Shown here: one piece after another, positions 46,174 to 55,991 of the stretch
Layout of the letters: each line of letters begins with the position of its first letter
How positions within the stretch are numbered: the first letter of the stretch is position 1
Assembly: GCA_001781445.1 (NCBI GenBank)
Contig: MFLB01000034.1
Span: 17,793-81,792, forward strand
DNA from: Candidatus Kaiserbacteria bacterium RIFCSPHIGHO2_01_FULL_58_22
GTDB taxonomy: Bacteria > Patescibacteriota > Minisyncoccia > Phycocordibacterales > UBA2100
Direction of reading: 5' to 3'
Length of the DNA: 64,000 nt
Translations under genes and position numbers: made by a program
The notes under the pieces: model-generated
The model's input: the letters and a program-made list of their open reading frames with translations, nothing else
Told to the model about the DNA's origin: nothing
The model's database searches: none

Positions 46174-46842
46174 CTACTTTGTGAATTTTAAAGTAGTGAG
46201 AATGGTCTCAAAGTCTTTCACGCAGTTGCTGCTTATCGTCGGACGATTTGCCGAAGTGCTTTTATAGGTAGAATAGGTAGACTTGACTAGCTCGTTGGAA
46301 AGTGAGAGTAAATTGAGCGGGACATCATAAATTCCGTCGGAAAGAATGATGTTGGGGAGACCTAGAAAAACTCCACCGTCACTGTAATTAACATATCTGA
46401 TTGTTTGTGATTTGCCACTCGTCATCACGACCGATTTGTTGCTTTGAGTAAAATGACCGCCCAGACCCACTCCCAGCACAGGTCCTATGTAGCAACCGTT
46501 CTGGGTATCGATCAGTTCAAAGAAATCGTAGCCATCTCGATAAGGACTTTGCGTTACCCATAATTCATTTGACGCCGTGTTCAGAAAAAAATTCGACGGA
46601 TATTTAAACTCTATGCCCCACTTATCACTTCGGTACGTTTTCCAATTTGCCGTTCCTGCCGTTGGAGATGGCGAGGTCGGTTGCGTCGGCAAGGGCTGGA
46701 GAATATCTAAATTATCTTCTGACGAGCTTTGTGAAGGCGGTTGCTGCTGCAGAACAAAGTACGCCCCACCCCCAACTACAATGACGCCCAGTATGATCGC
46801 CAGTAAGATGCCCATTGAGACAACGCCCCTTTGAGTGTTCAT
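46174..46842 (-). CDS. Surface protein with pilin-like N-terminus and WKTY..F.YP segment
   Basis: MNTQRG plus hydrophobic helix, P/S/T linker, NWKTYRSDKWGIEFKYP; lower GC. Confidence 0.65.
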   Translation of the reverse strand: MNTQRGVVSMGILLAIILGVIVVGGGAYFVLQQQPPSQSSSEDNLDILQPLPTQPTSPSPTAGTANWKTYRSDKWGIEFKYPSNFFLNTASNELWVTQSPYRDGYDFFELIDTQNGCYIGPVLGVGLGGHFTQSNKSVVMTSGKSQTIRYVNYSDGGVFLGLPNIILSDGIYDVPLNLLSLSNELVKSTYSTYKSTSANRPTISSNCVKDFETILTTLKFTK

Positions 46843-46877
46843 GCAACAAACAATACCACATCTATAAAGACGAGTAA

Positions 46878-47606
46878 TTAAAGCTGCGGGTCGATGGCGG
46901 CTTTGAAACTCGCGAGTTCGGCGGCGCCGGGGATGAGGACCTTGCCTGTGATAAAGCCTGGAGTGCCGTTGATGCCGAAGCTCGTGCCTTCCGCACGATC
47001 GGCGTTGAGCTTCTTTTGATACCCCGCTTTGTTCGCCGCGACGTCCGCTTTTACTTTGTCCGCATCCATGCCAGAAATTTTCTTGATGAGGACAAGGATG
47101 CTCGCCTCATCACCGAATCCGCCATGCTCTTCGTCTTGCGACTTATACATAGCCTCGCGCCATTCGAAGTATTTTGCAGGATAGAGAGCCCACACGGCGC
47201 GACCGTAGAGTCCTGCCGTGGTGGAATCGTCGCTGAGGAACTGGTAATCCTTGAACACGATCTTGAGCTTGCCCGTATCTACGTAATCGCGTATCAAGAC
47301 CGGAAGCGCCGGCTGTATGGGGATCTGCGGGTGACCCATCTCTACCGCCTTGCAGTACGGACACTGGTAGTCGGACCAGTACGCGAGCACGACCTTGGCG
47401 TCGGCTTTCCCGATGTAGGGGTCTCCTTCCGTCTTCACATCTTTGATGTCCACGGCGACCGGCTGCGCACTGTCCGCCACTCCCAAGCCGCCGCTCTGCG
47501 AGAGGCCGAGATACAATCCTGCGGCAACGATGAGCGCCGCGATAACGATGGAAGCCGGAATGAAAAGCGTGGAATAATCGCGGGGCGTTTGTGCGGTCGG
47601 TGGCAT
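46878..47606 (-). CDS. DsbA-family thiol-disulfide oxidoreductase
   Basis: SDYQCPYC, GTP; N-terminal TM. Confidence 0.9.
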   Translation of the reverse strand: MPPTAQTPRDYSTLFIPASIVIAALIVAAGLYLGLSQSGGLGVADSAQPVAVDIKDVKTEGDPYIGKADAKVVLAYWSDYQCPYCKAVEMGHPQIPIQPALPVLIRDYVDTGKLKIVFKDYQFLSDDSTTAGLYGRAVWALYPAKYFEWREAMYKSQDEEHGGFGDEASILVLIKKISGMDADKVKADVAANKAGYQKKLNADRAEGTSFGINGTPGFITGKVLIPGAAELASFKAAIDPQL

Positions 47607-47733
47607 AGTTGGTCTATTGTACACGAATCCGCTGATTGCATCTAATGGAATCAGTGGATTCGCGGGCGAACGAGTACATTCGGGTCTCGGGCCATGCTTT
47701 TTCCAAAACGCTCCCTGTAACCAAAGACTTGTT

Positions 47734-47895
47734 TCACTTCTTCACCCCCTGAAGCACGTTCCAGATATTCGGGTCCTGCCCGCCATCGAGCTTGAAGATC
47801 GAGATACCGCGCACGCCCAGCTTTTTCGCGAGGTCTATCTTCTGCTGTACTGAGACCGCATCCGGCCAATCAATGAGACGGAAATCGAGATGTAG
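47734..47895 (-). pseudogene. C-terminal fragment of a GH18-like glycoside hydrolase (not in ORF track)
   Basis: FRLIDWPDAVSVQQKIDLAKKLGVRGISIFKLDGGQDPNIWNVL...stop; no 5' part. Confidence 0.65.
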
Positions 47896-47902
47896 GGATA
47901 TT

Positions 47903-47915
47903 GGGGTCAGTCCCC
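47903..47915. repeat. REP-like palindrome GGGGTCAGTCCCC
   Basis: Just downstream of RAYT fragment; related to the GGGGATACGTCC ends. Confidence 0.6.
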
Positions 47916-47921
47916 ATATTA

Positions 47922-48222
47922 TTAATATTCTCGTGGTCTAATATTCCTTCGGCCTTCGGGCTCGCGGAGCGTGTGCGCAAGGTTGTGCCGCCCGACCATC
48001 CGGCTTCGCCACGACTCCCTGCCATATGGTATCCCCTTCCGGATAGATTCGCGAATGTCCGCAAGCTCTTCGGGAGAATCTGGTGTATTGATCCATGTGC
48101 GGTAATTGCGCGGCAAATCGAGTGGTAATTCGGCGAGAAGTTTCTTCTCTTTGAGCGTTCCGTTGATTCTTTGGTATGCGCTACCCCATCGCCATACTTC
48201 AGCCTGCTTCGCGAGTCGGGAT
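47922..48222 (-). pseudogene. 3' fragment of a second, divergent RAYT
   Basis: WRWGS..KKLLAELPLDLPRNY..IRESIRKGIPYG aligns by eye with the C-terminus of 44522-45190. Confidence 0.8.
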
Positions 48223-48329
48223 AATGGGGATACGTCCAATATTCTTAATAATTATGTGTCATGATGTTTTTCACGGTCATGGAAATACTATGCCATGAAA
48301 AGCGCTGATAAATCAGACTTATCCCCATT
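48223..48329. mobile_element. 107-bp non-autonomous derivative (REPIN/MITE-like) of the RAYT element
   Basis: AATGGGGATACGTCC...AATACTATGCCATGAAAAG...CAGACTTATCCCCATT; shares both ends and a 19-bp subterminal block with 44478-45240. Confidence 0.8.
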
Positions 48330-48341
48330 TCCCCCATTTCT

Positions 48342-49652
48342 TTATTGCGACAATCGGGTGTCGATGCGGGTCATGTCGCGCGGGAAGGCGCTTGCCTCTT
48401 TCACGTTGGGGAGCTCCAGCATCCGCGCGGTGAAGCGCTCGAGGCCGGTGGAGCAACCGCCGTGCGGCGGGAGGCCGTACTTGAAGGCCTGCAGGTAGAA
48501 GGAGAATTTCTCCGGGTCCAATCCCCTCTCCTTCATGCGCGTGATGAGTGCGTCGTAGTCGTGTATGCGCTGACTGCCGCTGTTTATCTCGAGCCCTCGG
48601 AAGAGGAGGTCGAAACCGCGCGAGTACGGCGCTTCAGAAGGATCCTCGTACGTATAGAAAGCGCGCTTCTTGGTCGGAAACTTTGTGATGAAAACAAAAT
48701 CACTCCCCTTCTCTTTTTTCGCCCACTCACAGATCTCACGCTCATCCTCCGGTTCCATGTCGGGTGCCTCCTTTTTGCCGAGCTGTTGCAACGCTTCCTT
48801 TAGTGTAAGTATCGGGATTTCTGCGGACAGTAAGGGCGCAGTGGTGTTAAAGTGGGCGAACATATCGCTGTGTTCACGCGAGACGTACTCCACGACGTAA
48901 CGGATCGTGGTTTCAAGTTCGCGCATCGGTTCACGCTCGTCTGCTATAAATCCCATCTCGAAGTCCATTTGCGTGAGCTCGGAGAGATGGCGTGTCGTTG
49001 CGCTCTTTTCGGCGCGGAATATTTTGGCGATAGTAAAGACCCGCTCAAAAGGCCCGACCATTATCTGTTTATAAAATTGTGGCGAGGTAGCGAGAAAGGC
49101 TGTGGTGTCGTTGTAGTATTCCACCTTGAACGCCGCGGCGCCGCCTTCGGCGTCGCCGCCGACGAGTGCTGGGGCGATGAACTCGGTAAATCCCTGCTTG
49201 CGCAATGAAGATCGATATGCGCCGAGGATAGACGCCTGCATGGTAAAGATGTCGCGGCTTCGCTTGTTCCTCAAAGTAAGTGGCAGGTGGTCGAAGTGCG
49301 TGTCTATGTTCACTTCCGTGCCGAGCTCGAAGGGCAGTTCCGCCGCTTCCGCAAGCACACGTATCTTTTGCGCGGCGAGCTCGACGCCTCCAAGGGGTCC
49401 TTCGCCCTTCATGCTCTCCGGCCGCGCTTTCACTTCGCCTTCGATCTCCACCACCCATTGCGCCCGCAATCTTTTCGCGGTATCGAGCGCTTCGGCCGCT
49501 TTCGGGGTTACGACCGCCTGCACGATGCCGCTCCTGTCGCGCACATCGAGAAAAATCAACTTGCCGTGATCGCGACGCGTATCCACCCAGCCGGCGATTC
49601 GCACGGTCTTTCCCACGGCCTCCGGCAATTTTTTGTTCAGTGTTCGTTCCAT
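48342..49652 (-). CDS. aspS: Aspartate--tRNA(Asn) ligase, short archaeal-like type
   Basis: GWV..RRDHG, SPQFYKQ, FRAE, GLPPHGG, FPRD; no GAD insert. Confidence 0.92.
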   Translation of the reverse strand: MERTLNKKLPEAVGKTVRIAGWVDTRRDHGKLIFLDVRDRSGIVQAVVTPKAAEALDTAKRLRAQWVVEIEGEVKARPESMKGEGPLGGVELAAQKIRVLAEAAELPFELGTEVNIDTHFDHLPLTLRNKRSRDIFTMQASILGAYRSSLRKQGFTEFIAPALVGGDAEGGAAAFKVEYYNDTTAFLATSPQFYKQIMVGPFERVFTIAKIFRAEKSATTRHLSELTQMDFEMGFIADEREPMRELETTIRYVVEYVSREHSDMFAHFNTTAPLLSAEIPILTLKEALQQLGKKEAPDMEPEDEREICEWAKKEKGSDFVFITKFPTKKRAFYTYEDPSEAPYSRGFDLLFRGLEINSGSQRIHDYDALITRMKERGLDPEKFSFYLQAFKYGLPPHGGCSTGLERFTARMLELPNVKEASAFPRDMTRIDTRLSQ

Positions 49653-49675
49653 ATGCATAACGACATCGTAAGTCG

Positions 49676-50611
49676 TTATAGGCTCACGCCAATTTTTTTC
49701 CTCACGTCGGCCATCTTCGAGGAGGCGCGCGCGCGGGCTTTCTCGCTCCCCTCTTTCAAGACGGCCTTCGCGTCCGCATCTGAAATGGAATCACGTAGCG
49801 AGCGCATTGGCGCAACGAGCGCTTCGATGTCTTCTATAAGCGCTTCCTTGAGGACTTTGTACTTCCCTTTGTTGTCCTTGTAGAGTTCGGAGAGATCATC
49901 TCTCTCTTTCAGAAGCGCGTGAATGGCGTACACGTTCTCGGGGCTTTCGGCTTTCGAATCCGTTATAATGCTCATCACCGCTTTCGCGATCTCGTCTTTT
50001 GTGCCGAAGAGCGGGATAGTATTGCCGTAGCTCTTGCTCATTTTTTTACCGTCAATCCCCGGCACAACGGCGACGCCTTTCAGTACGTGTTCTTTTGGTG
50101 GCTTGAACGTCTCGCCGTACGCGTTGTTGAATTTCGCCGCGATGTCGCGCGCGTACTCTACGTGCTGGCGCTGATCCTCGCCCACCGGCACGACGTCGGT
50201 GTCGTAGAGCAGAATGTCGGCCGCCATGAGCATCGGATATGCGAAGAGCCCCGCGTTGGCCTCAAGTCCCTTCGCCACCTTGTCTTTGTACGCGTGTGAA
50301 CGTTCGAGGAACGGCACTGTCACAAGACACTGAAAAATCCATGCGAGTTCCGTGTGTTCGGGCACATCGGATTGCTTGAAAATAATGGACTTCTGCGGGT
50401 CAATGCCAGCGGCAATGTAATCCTTGGCGACGCTCACGATGTTCTGCCGCAACTCCCTCGGATTCCGGAGCGACGTAAGCGCATGGTAGTCGGCTATCAT
50501 AAGCGTACTTTCATACTCATACGCAAGCTCGACGAAAGGCTTGAGCGCCCCGAAGTAGTTGCCGATATGGAGGGCGCCGGATGGCTGGAGGCCGGTCAGA
50601 AGCTTCTGCAT
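49676..50611 (-). CDS. trpS: Tryptophan--tRNA ligase
   Basis: QPSG.LHIGN, YPMLMAADI, VPVGEDQ, KMSKS. Confidence 0.96.
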   Translation of the reverse strand: MQKLLTGLQPSGALHIGNYFGALKPFVELAYEYESTLMIADYHALTSLRNPRELRQNIVSVAKDYIAAGIDPQKSIIFKQSDVPEHTELAWIFQCLVTVPFLERSHAYKDKVAKGLEANAGLFAYPMLMAADILLYDTDVVPVGEDQRQHVEYARDIAAKFNNAYGETFKPPKEHVLKGVAVVPGIDGKKMSKSYGNTIPLFGTKDEIAKAVMSIITDSKAESPENVYAIHALLKERDDLSELYKDNKGKYKVLKEALIEDIEALVAPMRSLRDSISDADAKAVLKEGSEKARARASSKMADVRKKIGVSL

Positions 50612-50632
50612 AGCGGTAAATATAGCGGGCGC

Positions 50633-51049
50633 CTACTTCGACTTGAAAACGGCAAGAAGCTCCTCAATATCTCCCAAGTGCTTCACGAGGTATTCCGCGA
50701 CCTTCGCGTCATCGAGCGTACCGTAGGCGTGCACGAGACGGTTGCGGAACCCATACATGCGCATGAATCTGTCCGCGAGATCGTCCGAAATAATCTTTTC
50801 CCGCGCAAGTAGCGCCGCGATGTTGTCTTGCCCAGTTGCGCGTTTCCCTTTGCTCGCGAGCACGATCTGGCTCGCGTCAAAAATAGACTCGATAGCCGTT
50901 ATAAATCGGTAACATGCCGCGTAATACTCGCGGGGATTCGCGCGCAGATACTCGAGTCCGCCGCTCGCGCGAATGCCTTTCAGATCGGCGAGAGAGAGCT
51001 CGCATTGGGATATCTTCTCTTCGAGCACCGATTTTGCAAATTCGTTCAT
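50633..51049 (-). CDS. HEPN (DUF86/HepT-like) RNase toxin
   Basis: GFRNRLVHAY RX4HXY motif; ATGA overlap with nucleotidyltransferase gene. Confidence 0.88.
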   Translation of the reverse strand: MNEFAKSVLEEKISQCELSLADLKGIRASGGLEYLRANPREYYAACYRFITAIESIFDASQIVLASKGKRATGQDNIAALLAREKIISDDLADRFMRMYGFRNRLVHAYGTLDDAKVAEYLVKHLGDIEELLAVFKSK

Positions 51050-51456
51050 GCAGAAAGATGTTCGTGCAACGCTTCGCGCCCGAGCCGTACGAAATGTTTC
51101 GCATATTCGTATTCGTGCATGGTGCGCAGTTCGAATCTCAATCTGTCGTCGTGTGAGCGCTCATACAGGAGCATACCTGTCGAAGCGACGATCTGCTTTA
51201 GGAGAGGGCTTGCCTCATTCAAGATGGCAACATCCAGCTCTCGACTAGGCACAAGCCCGTGCAAGGTTTCGATGATGTCGGCGGTCGCCCCTATCGGGTC
51301 TTTTGGAGCACGTTCGAAAAGAACGGCAACATCGGCATCGCTGTTTTTGTGTGCGGTGCCGAGCGCAACGGAACCATGCAGGTAGCAAAGGACTACCCCG
51401 GCGTCCCGAAGCGCCGTAGTTTGGTGATCATCGAGCTTAAGCACTGACCTTTCCAT
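51046..51456 (-). CDS. MntA-like minimal nucleotidyltransferase antitoxin
   Basis: YLHGS..G....SDADVAV, DVAILN. Confidence 0.88.
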   Translation of the reverse strand: MERSVLKLDDHQTTALRDAGVVLCYLHGSVALGTAHKNSDADVAVLFERAPKDPIGATADIIETLHGLVPSRELDVAILNEASPLLKQIVASTGMLLYERSHDDRLRFELRTMHEYEYAKHFVRLGREALHEHLSA

Positions 51457-51514
51457 TCTGTCAGGATAGCACGGCGGAATGTTCTTTTCCACGATCGATC
51501 GCGGGGTTGGCGTC

Positions 51515-53146
51515 TTATCGCGCAGTGAACTCGACGATGAAGATGGAACCTTTTCCTTCTCCCTTCGATTCCGCCCAGATACGCCCGCCGTGGGCTTCGA
51601 CGACCTGTTTGGCGATAAAGAGGCCGTAGCCGGTGGAGTGGACGTTGACCTTTATCGAATCCTTGCCGTGGCCACCCGCGGTGAAGAGCTTCGGCATGTC
51701 GTCCGTCGCGATGCCGACGCCGCTGTCCTCCACGGAAAACCGGATGACCGCGCCGTCGGAGAGTCCGACCTTGACGCTACCGGAGGGCGTATACCGTATC
51801 GCGTTGTCGATGAGGTTGCGCAAGACATGCCGCCGGATCTTGTCTTCGTCGCCCTCGAACAAAAACGCTCCCTCGCCGATCCGGAGTTCGATTGCAAGGC
51901 GCTTTTCGTCCGCGGTCGGCTTCAGCTCTCGCACGATCTCCCGTATCGCCGTGCGAAAATCGAACTTCTTCTTCGCGTACGCAACCGTTCCCTTCTTAAG
52001 ATTCGAGGCGTCGAGAATGTCCATGACGGTGGCGACGCCTCGGCGCACGCTCGAAAGCGCCTTTGCCGACATCGTTCTCACAGCTTCCGGCACGGCGCCG
52101 AAATCTCCCTCGACGATGGAGGCGAAGCCGGCCTGACTCTCCGTGAGGTAGCCCTTGATCTCGTGGCTGATGAAGTGCAGGAGGCTTTCCTGCTGTTGGT
52201 TGACTATCTCGAGTTCTTTCTCCTGTTTCTCGATAAGCTGGCGTTGCTGTATTTCTTTTTTGACGTTTTTTATCAGCACGTAGCCCATTACACAGACAAG
52301 TAGGAACGTTATCGCCGCGACGATACGAACGTTTTGAATTTCCTGCAGTGCAACGAGCGACACGACTGCTATCGCAAGCGCGACAACGAGGAGTTCGGTG
52401 GTGAGTACCTTTGCATTGAAGGCATTAAATCGCGCGATGCTGTACGCGATGAATGTGGCAAATACCGGCATGCCGAAGAGTCCGTATTGGCTCGGGATCC
52501 AATCTTCAGTCAGACTTCCGATGATCGTTCCGGAAGAGAACGCGAGCAGAAATGTGATAAGCCCGAAGGCGAAGAAAAATGTAATAAAACGTTCGCGACG
52601 AGTCGCGCGCTTTGGCATCTCTCTCGCCGCCATAATAGCGACGGTGAGTATGAGCGTGCCATTAACAATGTGCGTATAGTACGCCGCCAGGAACCCTTCG
52701 GCGGCTTCGCACGAGGAGAGATAGAGTTCCTGAAGGTTCACTTCTGTATGGAGGAAGGAGACAATAGGAAGGAGAAGCAGTGCAACGAGGACGTTGGTTC
52801 GGAAGCTCGGCCACGCATTGTGAAGAAAGTAATAGAACATGTAGAAAGCCACGCCATAGGTCAGGGGTTCAAAGAGGATTTGCAGTGACCACGAGAACAT
52901 GACTACATCAGGACGATTGGTCGCCCACAAGATAACGTCCAATATGGTCCATGTACTGAAGAAGCCGACCATCAAAAGGAAGAGTCGCGAGACGACTGCC
53001 TTCGGATCGCCAAAAAACACGTACAGACCTATCGTCACCGCGGCAACAATAGCGATGAGGTGTGAGTAATGCACGAGCGGCGGCACATTCTCCGAGAAAA
53101 ATACGTATACGGACGGTTCCCACGGGCACAAAATCATTTGTTCCAT
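51515..53146 (-). CDS. Multi-TM sensor histidine kinase
   Basis: About 7-9 TM helices; SHEIK, NLIDNAIRYT, DSGVG, GYGL. Confidence 0.92.
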   Translation of the reverse strand: MEQMILCPWEPSVYVFFSENVPPLVHYSHLIAIVAAVTIGLYVFFGDPKAVVSRLFLLMVGFFSTWTILDVILWATNRPDVVMFSWSLQILFEPLTYGVAFYMFYYFLHNAWPSFRTNVLVALLLLPIVSFLHTEVNLQELYLSSCEAAEGFLAAYYTHIVNGTLILTVAIMAAREMPKRATRRERFITFFFAFGLITFLLAFSSGTIIGSLTEDWIPSQYGLFGMPVFATFIAYSIARFNAFNAKVLTTELLVVALAIAVVSLVALQEIQNVRIVAAITFLLVCVMGYVLIKNVKKEIQQRQLIEKQEKELEIVNQQQESLLHFISHEIKGYLTESQAGFASIVEGDFGAVPEAVRTMSAKALSSVRRGVATVMDILDASNLKKGTVAYAKKKFDFRTAIREIVRELKPTADEKRLAIELRIGEGAFLFEGDEDKIRRHVLRNLIDNAIRYTPSGSVKVGLSDGAVIRFSVEDSGVGIATDDMPKLFTAGGHGKDSIKVNVHSTGYGLFIAKQVVEAHGGRIWAESKGEGKGSIFIVEFTAR

Positions 53147-53152
53147 AAATAT

Positions 53153-53302
53153 TTAGAGCGATTCTTCCCCGATATCCTCCTCTTCAAGGTCATTAACGAT
53201 CGTAAAGTCATGCACAACCATCGTTCTCCAGTATGTGAACATAACGGCAAGAACCGCGAGGGCTACGAAAAGGGAAAGGAGATAACGAGAAGGATTGTTC
53301 AT
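53153..53302 (-). CDS. 49-aa single-TM protein with acidic tail
   Basis: MNNPSRYLLSLFVALAVLAVMFTYW...; 6 nt before kinase start. Confidence 0.55.
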   Translation of the reverse strand: MNNPSRYLLSLFVALAVLAVMFTYWRTMVVHDFTIVNDLEEEDIGEESL

Positions 53303-53420
53303 ACGCAATGCATCCGTTGACGGCCCTACAGAGTCCACGGTATTATCTCCAGCATACAGCAATATAGCCCTCCTGTAAGCGCTATCTGTGGATTTTTATT
53401 ATGAGACTCTCCCTGTTCGC

Positions 53421-54521
53421 ATGAGCCCTAAGGTTGCTGGGCATAAAACTGCCACTAGGCAGATCGTCTGCTCGTACAACGAGTGGGACCCGCTTGAGGA
53501 AGTCGTTGTGGGTGTTGTCGAAGGAGCCACAGTACCGCCATGGGACTGGATAGCCAAAGCGACGATGCCGGACCATGCCGCGTGGTTTTTCAAGAAGCAC
53601 GGGGGAAAACCGTTCCCGAAAAAGATGATAGAGAAAGCAGCAGAGGAGCTGAACGGTCTTGCCGCTCTCATGAAAAAACTCGGCATCACCGTCCGTCGCC
53701 CCGAGAAAATGGATTTTTCGAAAGAGTACCGGACCCCATGGTGGAAAAGCCGCGGCCTCTACGCGGCGATGCCCCGCGATGTATTCATGGTCGTCGGCGA
53801 GACTATTGTCGAGGCCCCGATGGCATGGCGCACCCGTTACTTTGAGGGACAGGCGTATCGCGAACTGATGGTCGAGTATTTCAGAGATGGCGCGAAGTGG
53901 TTGCCTGCACCGAAGCCCTCGATGGACAAACACTTCTACAGCAAGACGTATGACACCGATACACCGTACGTGAAGGGCAAGAAGCAGTTTCCAATCACGA
54001 ATCACGAGATCGCATTCGATGCAGCCGACTTTGTGCGCTTCGGCCGCGACATTTTAGTGCAAAAAAGCCATGTGACGAACGAGCTTGGCATCGAGTGGGT
54101 ACGCCGCCACATCGGGCCGGATTATCGAGTGCACGAGGTCGAATTCGACGACCCTCACCCTATGCATATAGATACGACTATCGTCCCGCTAGCGCCCGGA
54201 AAAATACTCATCAATCCGTCGTGGGTGAAAAAGCTCCCCGGCATGTTCAAGTCGTGGGACGTCCTTCCCGCGCCGGAACCCGCGAATTCTTTCGATTCGG
54301 CGCTGTACTTTTCAAGCGACTGGCTTTCCATCAATATTTTGAGTCTTGACGAAAAGCGTGTCATTGTTGAAGAGAAGGAAGAACCGTTGATACGGGCCCT
54401 CAAGCAGTGGGGATTTGAACCCATTCCGATCGCATTTAGGAATTTCTACCCATTCGGTGGCTCCGTCCACTGTGCGACGCTCGACGTTCGCCGCCGGGGA
54501 GAACTTGCGTCCTACTTTTAA
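53421..54521 (+). CDS. Amidinotransferase (glycine/inosamine amidinotransferase family)
   Basis: SYNEWDPLEEVVVG, PRD, EAPMAWR.RYFE, FDAAD, HIDT, GGSVHCAT. Confidence 0.92.
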   Translation: MSPKVAGHKTATRQIVCSYNEWDPLEEVVVGVVEGATVPPWDWIAKATMPDHAAWFFKKHGGKPFPKKMIEKAAEELNGLAALMKKLGITVRRPEKMDFSKEYRTPWWKSRGLYAAMPRDVFMVVGETIVEAPMAWRTRYFEGQAYRELMVEYFRDGAKWLPAPKPSMDKHFYSKTYDTDTPYVKGKKQFPITNHEIAFDAADFVRFGRDILVQKSHVTNELGIEWVRRHIGPDYRVHEVEFDDPHPMHIDTTIVPLAPGKILINPSWVKKLPGMFKSWDVLPAPEPANSFDSALYFSSDWLSINILSLDEKRVIVEEKEEPLIRALKQWGFEPIPIAFRNFYPFGGSVHCATLDVRRRGELASYF

Positions 54522-54557
54522 CATGCACTCGCTCGACCGATCCTAGTCGAGTCTCCT

Positions 54558-55481
54558 ATGTCCTGGTTATTCGTTGCACTCCTCGCACCGGCGCTATCAG
54601 CGCTCGGCAGTTACACCGACAAGTATCTCCTTGTCCACCACGAAAAGACCGGCGGTATCGGGAGTGTAATGATCTTTTCCTCTCTCTTTGGGGCGCTTGT
54701 TATTCCGCTCGCCCTTTTTCTCAAAGCGGATATATGGAGCGTGCCGTCGTTTGAGGCGGTCATTCTTATCCTCAATGGATGCATAACGGTCGGCACGCTT
54801 GCGGCGTATCTCTACGCCATCAAAGAATCCGACATCGTATCCGTAGTCCCCGTTCTGCAGACAATCCCCGTTTTCGGTTTCGTGTTTGGCTATATCCTCC
54901 TCGGCGAAACACTGGAACTGCATGAAATAGGCGGCTCCGTAATCATCATTTTGAGCGCCATGCTTCTCTCGCTTGAGATCGAGGAAGATGCGAAGGTGCG
55001 GTTCAGAAAAAAAAGTTTCTTCTTAGCCGTTCTTTCGTCGTTCCTTTTTGCACTTTCGGGCATCATATTCAAGCTCATCGCGATTGAGCGCGGTTACTGG
55101 GAGACGCAATTCTGGGAGTACATCGGTATCAGCGCGCTCGGTGTCATCTTATTTTTTCTCGTCGCGCCGTATCGTCGAAGTTTCCTTGAAGTTGTGCGTC
55201 ACCGACGCATCGGGGTCGCCGGACTGAACCTTGTGACCGAGGTGCTTACTGTCTCCGCAGACCTGCTTTTGAATTTCGCGACATTGCTCGCCCCGATAGC
55301 GCTCGTCTATACCATCAACGGATTTCAGCCTGCGTTCCTTCTGACGTTCGCTCTCGTCGGTTCGTTCTTCGTGCCACAACTCATGCATCGGCTTGCCTTT
55401 TTACGTAAACACGTTGTCTTGAAGGCGCTCGCTATCGCGATAATGATAGTCGGTACCGTCGTCATCAATACGCCACAGTGA
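54558..55481 (+). CDS. EamA/DMT-family transporter
   Basis: About 10 TM helices in two repeats; LLGE motif. Confidence 0.82.
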   Translation: MSWLFVALLAPALSALGSYTDKYLLVHHEKTGGIGSVMIFSSLFGALVIPLALFLKADIWSVPSFEAVILILNGCITVGTLAAYLYAIKESDIVSVVPVLQTIPVFGFVFGYILLGETLELHEIGGSVIIILSAMLLSLEIEEDAKVRFRKKSFFLAVLSSFLFALSGIIFKLIAIERGYWETQFWEYIGISALGVILFFLVAPYRRSFLEVVRHRRIGVAGLNLVTEVLTVSADLLLNFATLLAPIALVYTINGFQPAFLLTFALVGSFFVPQLMHRLAFLRKHVVLKALAIAIMIVGTVVINTPQ

Positions 55482-55496
55482 TGCCGCTACGTGTCA

Positions 55497-55991
55497 TCAT
55501 CCGTTGCGTACGAACGCCAAAACCGCGTAGGAGCCGAGGAGCCACCAGAAGCGGTAGGCTTCTCCGAAGACCGCTTGCGCGTCGGGGCCGAAGCGCCAGA
55601 GCGCGTCGAGGGCGGGCGTCGCGAGCCAGAAGGTCGTGAGGATGGCCGTGAGCGCGACGCCGCCGAGCGCCGCCTGTATCGTCTGCCCCGACTCCCCGCC
55701 CCACGAAAGCCCGATGCGCCCTATGAGAACGTACGAGACTACGACGAGAATGCCGAGAAGGACGGCTTCCAGGATGGGCGTCGAGAACTGCTCGGTGATG
55801 CCGCCGAGGAACGCCGCTTTTTTCGACGCGGAGAAGAGCAGGAGCGCGATGGGTAGCGCGAGCGCGAGCGTGCACGCGCGGCGCGCGCCGGAGCGCAGGC
55901 AGTCGAATGCCGCGAATATCGCGAAAGCCCCCAAGATCATCCAGTCGGTCGGAACCGCGTTATAGAGAGAAGCCACCGGGTCAAAATTCAT
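55497..55991 (-). CDS. Hypothetical multi-TM protein
   Basis: Hydrophobic 164-aa ORF downstream of dnaJ. Confidence 0.7.
   Translation of the reverse strand: MNFDPVASLYNAVPTDWMILGAFAIFAAFDCLRSGARRACTLALALPIALLLFSASKKAAFLGGITEQFSTPILEAVLLGILVVVSYVLIGRIGLSWGGESGQTIQAALGGVALTAILTTFWLATPALDALWRFGPDAQAVFGEAYRFWWLLGSYAVLAFVRNG

Noticed and set aside
47651-47869. 72-aa ORF in the track as a real gene
   Set aside because: A different minus-strand frame gives a GH18-like C-terminus that explains the region better.
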